From assembly GCA_951406725.2 (NCBI GenBank), contig OX597815.1, forward strand, positions 96,162,001-96,226,000: a stretch of DNA of 64,000 nucleotides, read 5' to 3'. The DNA comes from Octopus vulgaris (taxonomy: Eukaryota). Positions 41,230 to 54,420 of the stretch are shown piece by piece. Both the position numbers and the translations under genes were made by a program. Numbering within the stretch: position 1 is the stretch's first letter; every line of letters starts with the position of its first letter. The notes under the pieces were generated by a model, which ran no database searches, was not told the DNA's origin, and worked only from the letters and a program-made list of their open reading frames with translations.

Positions 41230-44200
41230 CTTACCAATAAGAGTAATCTTATAGCACAGGAAAGGAGCAGAGTTAGTTTTCTTGATGAGAGACATATAGA
41301 TGGTCTAAAAGAAGACAATAAAATTAGTGGCGACATGACAGATGAACAAAAGGCAATCTACAACAGAATAAATGCAATACTACAAGCGAACGATAGCGAC
41401 GTTATTTGCAATATTATAATGGCTGATCGATGGAAATTGAAGCAAGAAACGAGAAATGTCAATACAATTCTGAAATACATGAGAACAAACATCATCAAGG
41501 CAGCAAGTATTGTTGTAGCAGATAACATGGGTGCTGATGTGAAGAAAAAGAAACATTAGAAAATATCCATGGTAGAAAAGAAGAATCCAGACAGAATTAG
41601 ACATGCTCTCTAAGGAAATCTCTGTGTTAGACTGAAAAGAGAAAGGGAGCTTAAAGGCGAACATAAATAGAGGGTGAGGAAAAGAAAGTATAATATTGAA
41701 AAAAAGGGCCCCTGAAAGTAGTATTGGAGGAATAGAAACAGCGCCTCGTTGCAAAGAAAGCAAAGATGGTAAGATACGACCAAAGAATGAAGGATTACGA
41801 ACACAATAGGTTATTCAGAGTAGATCAGAAGAGATTCTATAAAGAAATAACTGGAAAGTGTACAGATGAAAAGTTAATACCAGATAACATTGATTATCTG
41901 ACAATGGTTTTAGAGTGACATCTGGAGCAAAGACAAGGAGCATAAGAAGTATGCTGAATGGTTGCAAGAAATGAAACAAACAGTAGTCTGTCCAAAATAG
42001 CCAGAACTAGTCATTTCAGTTAGGGAAGTGTAAGAAATCAGCAAACAAATGAGCAACTGGAAGGCGCGGGACCAGATGGAAATCAAGGCTACTGGATCAA
42101 AAGATTTGGTGAATGTCATGCACGAATAGCTGCACAACTCAACACCTTGTTAAATGCCGACCAAGTAGCACCAGAGTGGTTGACTCTGGGTAGGACATTT
42201 CTGTTGCTCAAAAACATAGAAAAAGGCAATACGGTAGACAATTACAGACTGATATCCTGTTTGCCACTTATGTGGAAGTTATTGACTGGAATACTCGATG
42301 AGTCAATGTACGAACATCTGGAAAAAAATGGAGTCCTGCCACATGAGAAGAAGGGTTGCAAGCGTAAGTGCAGAGGTACCAAGGACCAATTCTTGATATA
42401 CAAAACTGTTCTTAGAGACTGTAAAAGGAGGAAAAGTAAGTTAGTCATGCCATGGATCCACTATCGTACGGCTTTCGGTATGATCTCACATTTTGAATTA
42501 TGGAATGTATGAACCTATTTGGTTTTGTATCGAATGTTGAGCGATTGCTTGGAAAAAATATAGAGAATTGGAGGACGGACTTGACAGCATACGGAAGAAG
42601 TTTAGGGAGAGTAGAAATTAGGAGGGGCTTCTTCCAAGGCGATTGCCTGTCCCCACTGATCTCTGTACTGTGCTTGATACCACTAACACTGATTCTGAGG
42701 AAAGCAAAAGCCAACAAAACATCAACTATTTGTTATTCATGGAGGAAATCAAACGTTATGGTAAAGATGAAGCCCAAGTCAGTTCGCTCGTTGATATGGT
42801 GTATAGTATCAGTGCTGATATCAGAATGGAGTTCAGAGTGAGAAAGTGTGGTGTGATAGTCTTGACTGAGGCAAAGTCAAATATATGGACGGGCTAAAGA
42901 TACCGTCGGTGGAAATTAAGAAACAGATAGAAGAGGCGGTCTATAAGTACTTGGGTATTTTCAAAATAGATAATTGATGGAGAAAGAAATGACAGAAAAA
43001 TGTAAGGTGCAGTACTTGCGCAGACTAAGACTGATACTTAAGTCGACAATAAACGGACGGTATAAGATCGAAACTACTAACGCATGGAGAAATTTAGCAG
43101 GCAACGAAGTATGCAGATACATAGACGTGAATAACTTAAGCAATGTACGTAGAATAAAATGTTAACTGACGCTGAAATTAGCCAGATTAGGACACAGATA
43201 TCTCATGGTGTACCAAATACAGATGAAATAGGTAACGGATGCATAGAACCTAGTGTACGAACAGTACATCAAAACGAGGAAGCTGTGAAAAAGAATAGCA
43301 AAGAACAGATAAGGAAAAAAGTGGAGAAAGTAGACCTATCTAAAAAACGCAACAATTGATATAGCACAGAATGTGAGATGAATAATAAAGACAAGATTAC
43401 CGAAGCAAAAGAAGATATTATGACAGGCCTCTGCACGAATGAATTTACTGACATTATCAATAGAGAACCCCTGCCAAAGCTCTCAAACAGCATAAAAATA
43501 ACAACACAAACTTCATATATAATGTTGCTTTTATATATATCTTAATAAATAAAGGAAATGAACTAACAACTTTGAATAACCTAATCTACTCCACTGCTAA
43601 TGTTTTAACTGCTCACTTAGGTACGTGGACGACACAGAAAAGGACAACTATATCAAGGGAACTCCTAAGTGTAAAGTAACACCACAAAATAGATCGAATT
43701 TTTGCGGGCGGATGTATCTATTCTGATGAACTTGTTAGAGGAACAAATGTTAGGATAAAACAGACTAGAAAAATGAAGCAAAAATATGAAGCCAAAAATT
43801 TTATATACCTCCCTGCAACGAAGGAAATAGTGAAAGCCCAACGGCTCACAATGTATGACAAAAGAATCAAATTTTATTGACAAAACAAGGTATTCAAGAC
43901 GGAAACAAAGAAATTTTATTGGGAAATTGGCAAAAGCAAGATAGAAGTACAGGAGATTGGACGTGATACCAATAATAATTGACGTGCTCAGAAGTATGAG
44001 CACTAAACAACTAACATGGCTCCAAAATAGTGGTACAAATATAAAAAAAGAACACCTCCAAAAACCAATATTCCTTGGAACAGCGAGAGTTCTCCGCAGT
44101 ATTCTTGATGCAAGATCAATGAACAAGTGTTAGCTGTAGGCAGCTGATACTTTCCATGATATTCAGCAAAACAAGCTGAAAGTTGTCATGAAAATACTAA
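41230..44200 (+). mobile_element. Decayed chimeric Dong/R4 element (family C RT part + N-terminal part of another copy + 3' end)
   Basis: [31 protein letters not shown] up to ~43087. Then WRN..YIDVNNLSNVRR / LTDAEISQIR (N-terminus). Then LQKPIFLGTARVLRSIL (C-terminus, 43966-44110). Confidence 0.85.
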
Positions 44201-44707
44201 AGGACATTTCGTTCATCTAAGAGATATAGTAAGCTATTAGGGAGTATTAGAAAAATACATAGTAAACTTAAACAATAACTTGGAGAGAAAATTTATACGA
44301 AATTATTTACACAAAATATTGAGGGGCAGAGACATTTTAAGAAGCGTGTATAATTCAAAGATGACTTTAGTTGATACGTGATATGGTAAATGAAATTTAT
44401 TATGTAGAAAATTGAAACTGAGATCGCGAGGTGTTGAGTGTAATGTTCATAAATATGCAGCCCGATTAAATTTTGATTTTTCCCATCTGTAATCTTCTGG
44501 TACGCTGAATCATACATGTTACATACATATATATGTAAATAAAAAGGGCGAGCAACAGGTTGCTTAGCCACATACCGAGAATTTAGAAATAACAGTCAAA
44601 GACAGCTTCTTTCTATTTTCTACAAATATAACTCCACATGTAACATATACATGTAACTCACATATGTATAACAGGATGAAAAATAACGAAAACAAAGTCT
44701 TAGGTTA

Positions 44708-44767
44708 GTTACGGGCGCGTCTCTGGGTCAGAATTATGAACAAATTCATTCCCTTCTTCAGCGTAAC
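44708..44767 (-). ncRNA. Type I hammerhead, core-mutated
   Basis: Minus strand: gttacg-CTGAAGA-a-ggg..ccc-a-GAGACgcGCC-cgtaac. GAAA>GAGA and GTC>GCC; the 6-bp stem I is intact. Confidence 0.65.
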
Positions 44768-45107
44768 ATTCCTTTAGATAGATGTACAAATGTTAACTTA
44801 CATACCTCTTGCTTTCCGACCTCACGCCATCAGAGATAGCATGAGACAATTAACACAAGTTAAATCCATATAGACGAATGAATTCGTATTTTCCCTCCCA
44901 AATTTTACCATGTGCGTCACAAAAATAGTTCCTCTGGAATAGCGCTATGGATTGTCATAAGGGAGTGAAAAATTCCTTTATTAATAATATAAGGGTAAAT
45001 AATTATTAATTTCAAAATCAATAATCATTTCCGGGTAGATTTCGGCATGGAAATATAACCATTATTGGTAGGAAACTTTAAAAAAAAGTTATATATATAT
45101 ATATATA

Positions 45108-45272
45108 TACAATAATATGTTACATTACACGATAGTCAAGATAAAACTCTGAGTTTCAGATGCCGAAGTGGAAATCCACAACACCATCTCTTCGGTTATC
45201 TGGCTAGATAACCGAAGATATGGTGTTGTGGACTTTTATCTTGCCTATCGAGTAATGTAACATATTATTGTA
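45108..45272. repeat. Fold-back element with a degenerate hammerhead in one arm, inserted in (TA)n
   Basis: Arms 45108-45146/45234-45272 and 45175-45201/45206-45232. Minus strand 45140-45200: gataa-CCGAAGA-gatg..catc-t-GAAActcagagTT-ttatc. Confidence 0.8.
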
Positions 45273-45343
45273 TGGATACAATTTCCTCTATTTACATAAT
45301 ATTGAGGTATCTTTCTTTCTTTTGTTATCTTACCGTTTTACCA

Positions 45344-45412
<69 letters not shown>

Positions 45413-45852
45413 AAGGGCAAGCAACAGGTTGTTATTATTAATAATGGAATTCTTTACTCCCTTATGTCAATACATACACGTATATGTATATGTGCGTGTG
45501 TGTAAATCTACCTATCTATCTGTTTCTAGCTACATACGTGCACGAGCGCACACATACAAACACACACCCGACACACACTCACACACATGAGAAATATTAT
45601 TTCGCTCAGTTATAGCGATACTATTAACCTGGTGTTATAATTTAGAACAAGGCGCCAGTTGAGTACAGGGCAGTAATATGACAAATAAAATGACAAAGTA
45701 AAAAAAACTTATGGTATAAACTAATTTGCATACTGCTGTTTCCATTATTAGTTGTAGTGTACTCACATTTTATGCTTGTATATCTTCCAATAGATTCATG
45801 GCTGCTTGAGATATGAAGTGCAATTTTACTTGGGAACGAAATTACGTTTATG

Positions 45853-45915
<63 letters not shown>

Positions 45916-45916
45916 A

Positions 45917-45949
<33 letters not shown>

Positions 45950-45989
45950 GTTTATCTATCTATCTATCTGTTTATCTACATATGTGCGC

Positions 45990-46042
<53 letters not shown>

Positions 46043-48212
46043 CGTGTGCCTGTGTGTGTGTATACGCATAAGGAGAAGTACAGGGAGAACCGTTATGAAA
46101 AGAATTAAGAATGAACACAAATAAAAATATATCTCGTGCATAGAGATAAATTCAAAGTGATCTAATAAGAGAAAGAGAAAGAGAACAAGAAAATTGAGAC
46201 AAAGCGCATAAAAGTGGAGCGGAAAAGCATTTATGAAGGTCAGTGAAATTTTTTCTATATAATCATCTTGGTTGAAAATTTACAATTGCCAGGCAGAAAG
46301 GGAGGTAGCGAGTAACGAGGGAACGTTGGACAGATAGCAATGTGTGTATAGATTCATACATAAATACATATATCCTCTTTACAAGTTGATCTTCATTTTC
46401 TGTCTCAGTATCGCTAATGTTGTCAAGTTATTTTGGGTTACAGGATATATTTTAAGATCAAACTTTCTTGGTAAGAAATGTTTACTGAAATTCATTGTGT
46501 CAGGAATGGAATCCACAGCTTACACAACTTTTCCACATAGACAAATGAACTAAAGGAATCTTATCATAGAAGTTGCATATCTGGTTTGGCGATAGAATTA
46601 CATTTCACGATGACACTGCTATACGTGTTTTAGTCACTCAAATGCTAACTTGTAGCTAATCTCTTGTAAAACATTTACAAACGTATGAAGTGTATTAGCC
46701 ATAGTAAGATATTGCGTAGAAAACTTTCGTGTAAAAACATTTGCAGACTGTAACGCCCTGCCATATGCGTTCATAATGTTTCAGATTCCATTCCTGACTC
46801 CATTATTAGCGCGTGGTAATTCCTTGGCAACAATCTGCAAATATAATCGTACTGTGAAACTATTCTTAAAATGCAACCTAGTATCTTAGAATTAGTTACA
46901 TATTCTCAAGGTATTTTCGAATGAGTAAATCATGATGAAAAGATATTGACTGGAACGTCATTTATGCTTTTCATTTACCGAGGTTTATCCCTCGGTTTAA
47001 ACACTAAGATTTTAACAAACTGACTGAAAAATCATTTCCGAGCCGAGATAACTCTGATTTCCCTTATGTTTAAAACATACATACATCGACTTATAGTTTT
47101 TTTACACTTCAATTACTTAGAAGTATATTGTTTATCATTTCATCTGAATTAAATTTTACTTCTCTCTTTGATTTTATTTCTTACTTTCGTCTCCGATCTT
47201 ATTCACATCTTTTCTCATCCAAAACCTTCCCATTATCACATTCCCCATTTAGAAGCATGCGTACATGTAATACTCATTTCCCAACAGACTAATTACCTCC
47301 AAAATTCCTCCCTCAGCTCTCTCTCTCTCTCTCTCTCTTTCACGCTCTTCCGTCATACACACACGTTTCTTCATCCATAACACGGGCCTAAAGAAATTTT
47401 CTAAATGGCCTTGTCTATAGACCAAAAAGAACTCGAGGAAACGATTCCTGTTGTCTTCGTATATTTCTCTGTTCTAACTTTTGTGATACGCTATAGATCT
47501 CCAGCCGGCCATGATACACGATTATTTAAGTATTTCTTTCTTTCTCAGGTTGATAATCACAAACGAAACCACCTTATTTTGTTCGAATACGGATTTTAAT
47601 TTGATTGAAATAGCAAGAACAACTTGAGGATCACCTGCTGGCGTTTTATATCAGATAACAACGCTAAGTACAAAGCAGCAGATGATAAACTGCAAGTTCT
47701 ATAAGCTCCACATTAATTTGGCATATATCCATAGTAACATGAAAATGTGACGTTATAGATATAATTTATTCCAACATATAAATGCAAACAAATTGTGATA
47801 CTTCAGTAAAAATTATTACCTTGTGAAAACATATGTTCTTTCCGATGGTGTCCTATCTATATAACAAAACAAACTTCGTGACGAGAAGAAGGTAGATGGA
47901 ATGTTTCTTATATTTTTTCAAGATAATTTCAGAGAACCAGTTTCTTACTTTACAAATTGAATAGACCATGTACTCAGAGACTTAGGATTGGTTGGAGACA
48001 CATGATTTATTACAAAAGCTGCGTTGACCGCTATCTTCGGAGCAATAAAGAATTAGTAGCTCGTAAGCTTATATTGTGTACATTATAAACGCACCACACA
48101 CACACACACACTACACAGTGACAAATGGTTTAACAATTACAGCTACAAGTATTGTACCTGACATCTAAAATCATGACGTAGACGTTGTTCCTTTAGGTAT
48201 GTGAAATGTGTA

Positions 48213-48410
48213 AGGCGGGCGAAATGCGTAGCCGTATTTCGTCTGTCGTTACGTTGTGAGTTCAAATTCCGCCGAGGTCGACTTTGCTTTTCATCCTTTC
48301 GGGGTCAATAAATTAAGTACCAGTTACGCACTGGGGTCGATGTAATCGACTTAATACCTATGCCTGTCCTTGTCCCCTCTATGTTTAGCCCCTTGTGGGT
48401 AATAAAGAAA
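48213..48410 (+). mobile_element. SINE family 1, 5'-truncated, 16-bp TSD
   Basis: TSD taggtatgtgaWatgt at 48194-48209 and 48411-48426. Confidence 0.88.
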
Positions 48411-49299
48411 TAGGTATGTGATATGTAAAACATCCATAAGAATATGAGACTTTACTCAACTCTCAGCCCAACAGGTTCGCGAAATATACCAGCAAGTACT
48501 ATCAAGCTGACGTATCCGTACGCCATATTTAAGTTTCTGTTCATCTTTGGATATTATTGGAGTTAGTGATTACCAAACAATCTCATTTCATCTATGCATT
48601 TCGTGCAATGTTAACAGATTGTTTAACTCTAAGATGTGAGATAATGTGTCATTGTGTCTAGGCATTAATTGATGTTTGTTTGATTTGATTTGCCTAGATC
48701 CTTAATGGATCTCCTTTAATTATATGCACGTGTTTACGTGTATATGGTCACTTATATTTAGCATCGACCAACAAAAATGTCCATCCAATATCTTCTTTCG
48801 TTTCTACCATAATATATGGCAGGTTAATTATTCTTCAAAACTAGTACTCTTCTCTTGTATAGAAGAATGCCTTGGGATGTAATTATATACCCCACACGTT
48901 ATCACATCGATGAATCCTTAAAATTGTAATGTGATTTTATGAAAGTTCATGTGAGTAATTTAATATAATTCTTTACATGCCAAAAAATTACTGGTGCATA
49001 ATATATATCATGTGGATGAAAGATACACTACAGATTTATTTAATTAATTGACTTTGGCATTGGAACCTAGTTGTGTTTTTTGAGGACAGCAAGTTTAATT
49101 GCAAACTAAGTATTCAATATCTTTCACAAATGAATCACTGTTTCATGCCAAGGACGTCTAAAACATGCACACAAGTTTGGTCTAATATATTTCCATTAAG
49201 CAGACTCCTATATAATCAAATTAGGTTCCAGGTCGATTTTTTCAAACAATTAAGTAGGAATTCAAACCACGTTTCGTGGTTCGGTACCTCAACAGCTCC

Positions 49300-50340
49300 T
49301 CTACAGAATCCAGTGACTAAAGACATCATCAGGAGGAACGACGGCCCCTCGTTTACGACGCGGCGCCCCTCTCCATTTGGAAGGTGTCTTCAGCTCTGGT
49401 GCTGAGTGTGTTTCTTTTTTGCCCCTTTTTGTTTTGCTCTTTGGCTTCTTCGATGCAGCGTCAACGAATGTCAGCGGGCGAATGACCATCCTGCCAAATT
49501 TCCCTTAATATACGCATCCGTAGGCTCCAGCAGCCAACACCAGCTAACTGTCACGTGACACTGACTAAACTTCAACTGACCAATGGAGGGGAATGGCGCG
49601 TAGTTTTAGCTCGCGCCCTCTCTAAACCTGCCTTCCAACAGTGTCGTGTTAGTTTCAGTTCCAGCAGCCAGAGACGACCAGCTGTTTGGTGGTACACGCC
49701 TTCGAACCAGGATGAGGGCGCGCTATGAACGAGTTCGCTTCCTTGGACCACCTCTCATTCAGCGATGCTGCCTAAGTGTTAGCCAGCCTCACCTAGCGAC
49801 GCTATTTCCCAGTCGCCGTGTTATGGCTTTCAAGCCATTTTGAGTTTTCTCGTTTCAGCCATAAATAGAAGCTGGCTTTGTTGACTGCCTATTTTAACCT
49901 ACATATTACGTTCGTTTCCCAGCTCTGAGCTCGAAAATTCAAACTTTCTTTTAAATAACGTCGCCAGTTTCCTTTCAGTGAATTCTCTAGTCCCCACTGA
50001 CCAGGTAGTAATACTCAACAGTCCATTCCTGTTCTCTGCATTCTTCGATTAATCTCTCATACCTCTTCTTCTGTTGCTCTGCATTATCAATTTTCTCTTC
50101 CCATAGCACTGCCAGCTCTCATGGCAGTGTCAGATCCATATGCAATAGCAAGATCTAGCCATACAATGTACAGATTATTCTTCAGTTGTTTTGCATAGCT
50201 GACAGCTTCCCAGATGGCAAAAACATGATCTATGCATGCAAGTATTTCAGGGATCCCTGCCATATGGATTGTTTCATTTTCATATCCATTATGTTGTACG
50301 ACTCTTATGGTTCACTTAGCAATTATTCGTAACAAGATTT
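49300..50340 (-). mobile_element. Internally deleted Hero/NeSL-like RLE non-LTR element with GC-rich 3'UTR
   Basis: Minus strand: GIPEILACIDHVFAIWEAV..NLYIVWLDLAIAYGS joined to ELAVLWEE..KKRYERLIEECREQEW..AVNKASFYLWLKR. Confidence 0.7.
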
Positions 50341-50988
50341 CCCATCTGGTCTAATACGTTAGCATTAAGCAGATTTCTGTATAATCAAATTTGATTCCAG
50401 GACGACTTTTTCAAACAATTAAGTATATATTAATAATTTTATTTCGAATGCTAATATCAATGTTGCTAATACGATGGTCAACATTTAGGATGATTATTAT
50501 GTTTAACCTACTACTATATCCAAGTGTTTACTTAACTTGCTATAAATAGCAGCCACATACACAAATCATTCTTATGTTATCTTGCTTTATCATCAATACA
50601 TCTAATAGAATAGCCTAAGAGGAATTACTCCCGAAGAAAAAAGAATACGAACACGTCTACAATAACTTTGACCGAAGATCGTCTCATACGAGATACTCAC
50701 TGAGGCTAAGCAAATGATATTCCCCTCTGATAATTGGCAATGTTTGATTAAGGCAGTTATTCCCATTATGAGAATATCCGGAAACATTCTAATATCAACC
50801 CGACCTAAACAGCCTAAAGTTGTGTTTTTGACCATCAGATGTTTTCAAAATAGGTATCATATATTAAAGTGAAAATAATATTATGATACAAAGAAATGAG
50901 AGTATGTCATAAACTGAAAACAGGTGTGTTTCTATACGTTTGGTGTATTGTTAACCACGGGCCGAATGTGACTTGCGTTCTTGTTGTT

Positions 50989-51110
50989 CGAAGTTATATA
51001 CATATATACATACATATACGAAGTTATATACATATATACATACATATACGAAGTTATATACATATATACATACATATACGAAGTTATATACATATATACA
51101 TACATATACA
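50989..51110. repeat. 30-bp minisatellite (cgaagttatatacatatatacatacatata) x3 plus decayed tail
   Basis: Units start at 50989, 51019 and 51049. Confidence 0.92.
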
Positions 51111-52899
51111 TATATACATATATATACGTATATACATACATATGCACGTCTATGATTGCGCGCCCACATGTGTGTGCATATACATTGGATCCGGCATTAA
51201 AAGCCAGAAGTTATAAGCAAGTTTATTTTCTATAAGTAATGTTGTACAATGCCAGAAATTGTATGCATCTATATTTTATTTTTTCTGTTTTTTTACATGA
51301 TCAGATCATATTTACAGATGGGAAAATGTATGTAAGTGGGGTATACTTTGCTTAATTCAACGTACAATAAAATGACTTATACAAAATATCAGTATTTTGA
51401 TAATGCAATAATTCTTGTTTCATATTGATTGATTGTTAGAAATTCAATGAAGCAGAGAAACAGGAATATTAGCCTTAAACCCGATTCATTGTCACTTCTT
51501 ATCTCATAACGAATTCAATAAAATGAATTCCTGTAAGAATATACAGGGCTGAAATCATCATATTATGATAGCTTCCAATAAATATGTATTTTTGCATCTA
51601 ATAAATTATTGCCAATATACTGAAAGAAAATGTTTAATTTTTATTGATTCATATTTATCTGTAGCTCAAACGAAGACGTGAGAATTAAGACTTCTCTATT
51701 TTGATTACAGATTCCAGCGACACAGAGAGGCAAAGTTGATTTAGCCAAAGCATTTCCGATTAGATATATCTCCGTAATAGGAAAGAAAAAATATTGAGTA
51801 CACTATTCACTTTAATGGAAATTGGTGATTTACAATTTATGATCAATAATGATATAAAATCGTCACCACCGAACACTTTTGCTAAGATATTTGCATAGCA
51901 ATATTTACACCTTGATATTTATTCAATATAGGATGTTACAATGTAAATTATACTTATTGACAAAATGTTTCATTACCACGGTTGTACAATTAATGGCGTT
52001 TTCCTAATCAAATAAACAAATGAATTTAAATATGTGCCTGTTAATTGGTTTGCATAGTAATATTTTTCATTGCTGCAGCAGGATCTTTTGATGAAGTGAT
52101 ATGCGGTCGCTGTTTTACCACAAAATATCTCAAAGTAAATTTTGTATAACGAAGGCAAGTAGTGACACATGTACTGATTGACGTATGCAAACAATTATGT
52201 ATTTAAACTTGTGTTTCAATACAAAAATAGTACTAATGATAATTGTTAAAGTTTTCAAAGAAAAAGAGAAATTGCAAACGAATTACAAGCTCAATGTTAG
52301 CTGTGGACATGATTCGGTAATACCATAATATACCAGCTCAGCGTAGCTGTTTCAAAGAGTTTACAGAGAAAATCTACGAGGCCCTTTCACTCTTAAACCA
52401 ATCTTACAGAATCAGGCACTGATACATATGGTACTTTCTATAAACTGACAAGGCGTGTTCAAGTAAATCTTAGGCAATATAGTAAGTGCGTCTGACGAGT
52501 ATTAATTCAATCCGAAGTCATAAATGCGCTGATATTCCTCGCTCGCTGTAGGGTGGTTGTTCTCCCTTGTCAGTCAATAGATAAGTGCTTTGCCCTTGGC
52601 TAAAAGTTGTTTTCACTCTTATTTCTAGCAATTTAACGGACGAATTTAAGTTTCCTAATGTTAGCAGGAGGAAGGCTAAATATAACCTGGAACAAAACAA
52701 CTAAACAAGATCGATATGTACTTTCTCCTCGATACCATTAACGACTTCCTATTGCACCAGTCGTTACTGTTCTAACTAGGATTAATAACTTACTCAACCT
52801 TGTCTTCACCCCAAATGCAGATTATACTCGCAATTTTCAGATTGTTCCCTCTTCAATGTTATACAATTATCTATATCAGGTTCAAGGAGGCAACATTTA

Positions 52900-54420
52900 T
52901 CAAATAACATCAAATATGATTCACCTACTCTCCATGATCTTGAATTTCAGGAAGGCAAGTTGAAGGAAATTGAAACTGAACGGGCCAAATTGGATCATCA
53001 CACGTTCTCATCACATAACCAACAAAATAGTATATAAATCAAACGAATTCCTTGATCCTCATAAATCAACTGCAGAGACACGTATAGAAATGAACGGTAT
53101 GGTGGACGATGATATATTTGGGGATATTAATGAATACGAATCGAAAAAGAAGCAAAAACATACAAAGAAGTGATTCGCCAAACTGTTAAAGATACTATTT
53201 CAGAAGTCTTTAGTTACCGGAGTATTCCCAGAACTCCTGAAAGACACTTACTCATAAAAAGGCAAACGCATTGTTCGTAAAACAAAATTGCATACACTGG
53301 GGAAAATAACCTTGCAGACAATACACAACATGGTTTTCGGACAGGACGAAAGAGCCTGTCACAACTATTACAGCGCCATAACACTATCATGAATGATGTT
53401 TTGTGCGAAATGATCCCTGACCACATATATCCTTACTTTGCTAAAGAGTTTGACATAATTGCTTATGGAATCAGCTGTCAGTGTAAGGAATATGATACCA
53501 CAAGAAAACTCGGAAAATAGTGCTTTGACTTCTAACAGGGCTGCAATCAATTTGCTGCTGCATACAGTTTCCTCTCTGCAAATTCATCAGTATCAAGTGG
53601 AATACGTCATGGCACGGTTCTAGGACCACTGTTATTTTGCATCACCATGTCGGTTATAAGTTCACAATCGTACTCGTCCAACTTGATGTGCTACAGAGAA
53701 AAAAATATCGATGTCTATCCAAACTCCAAATGCCGTTTCACTTCAAAATGAGCTAAACCTCATTTATCAACGAGAGATAAAATCAGCATGAAATTTAATA
53801 TATGAAAACATCCAGTTCTACAATACATACTAAATATTCATACATCCCATTATTTGACAAAATATAACAATGGTTCAGAGTGCTAATAACATAGTAGCAG
53901 TAATCATCCAGTTCTACAATACATACTAAATATTCATACATCCCATTATTTGACAAAATATAACAATGGTTCAGAGTGCTAATAACATAGTAGCAGTAAT
54001 CATTTCAAATTATGCATCTTTTGTCAACCACATCAAACAGGCATGTCATAGGATGGATCCTATGCGCCTTCGTGACACCTGGAAAACCTTAGTTTTGACC
54101 AAGATTAGATTACTGCTACCAGCTTTAATTTCGAAACTCATCCGGTTTCATAGCACAAATTCAAGTGTTACAAAGAACATTCACCAATAAAATGAACTCA
54201 GTTAAAATTCTGGAAACGTTTGAAAGCTCTGTGTCTCGACCTTCTTGAACATCGAAGAGAGAGATACACTGTAATGTACGTATAGAAAATCCTGGAGGAG
54301 CATGTTCCAAATTTCAGAACCATCATATTTAACTGCAAACTTCACTAAAGATATAGAATGACGAGTTTTGTTATTCATTATGATCAAATATTTGCGTAGG
54401 TTTCTATTTATTACAAACAT
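52900..54420 (+). mobile_element. Decayed CR1/L2-like LINE RT remnant
   Basis: ENNLADNTQHGFRTGRKSLSQLL, FAKEFD, SGIRHGTVLGPLLF. Boundaries are approximate. Confidence 0.65.
53809..54000. repeat. Perfect 96-bp tandem duplication
   Basis: 53809-53904 = 53905-54000. Confidence 0.93.

Larger units (their letters stand above)
44543..45431 (-). mobile_element. Second, circularly permuted copy of the 550-bp hammerhead monomer, interrupted by a hairpin element
   Basis: Collinear similarity to the reverse complement of 24745-25387. 20-bp terminal redundancy aaagggcRagcaacaggttg at 44543-44562 and 45412-45431. Confidence 0.7.

Noticed and set aside
49301-49489. Basic 62-aa ORF in a GC-rich island, possible host exon or promoter
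   Set aside because: Lies directly downstream of the Hero-like C-terminus on the same strand; better explained as its 3'UTR.
50989-51110. Regular 30-bp repeats resembling a CRISPR array
   Set aside because: No unique spacers, eukaryotic context; a simple minisatellite.
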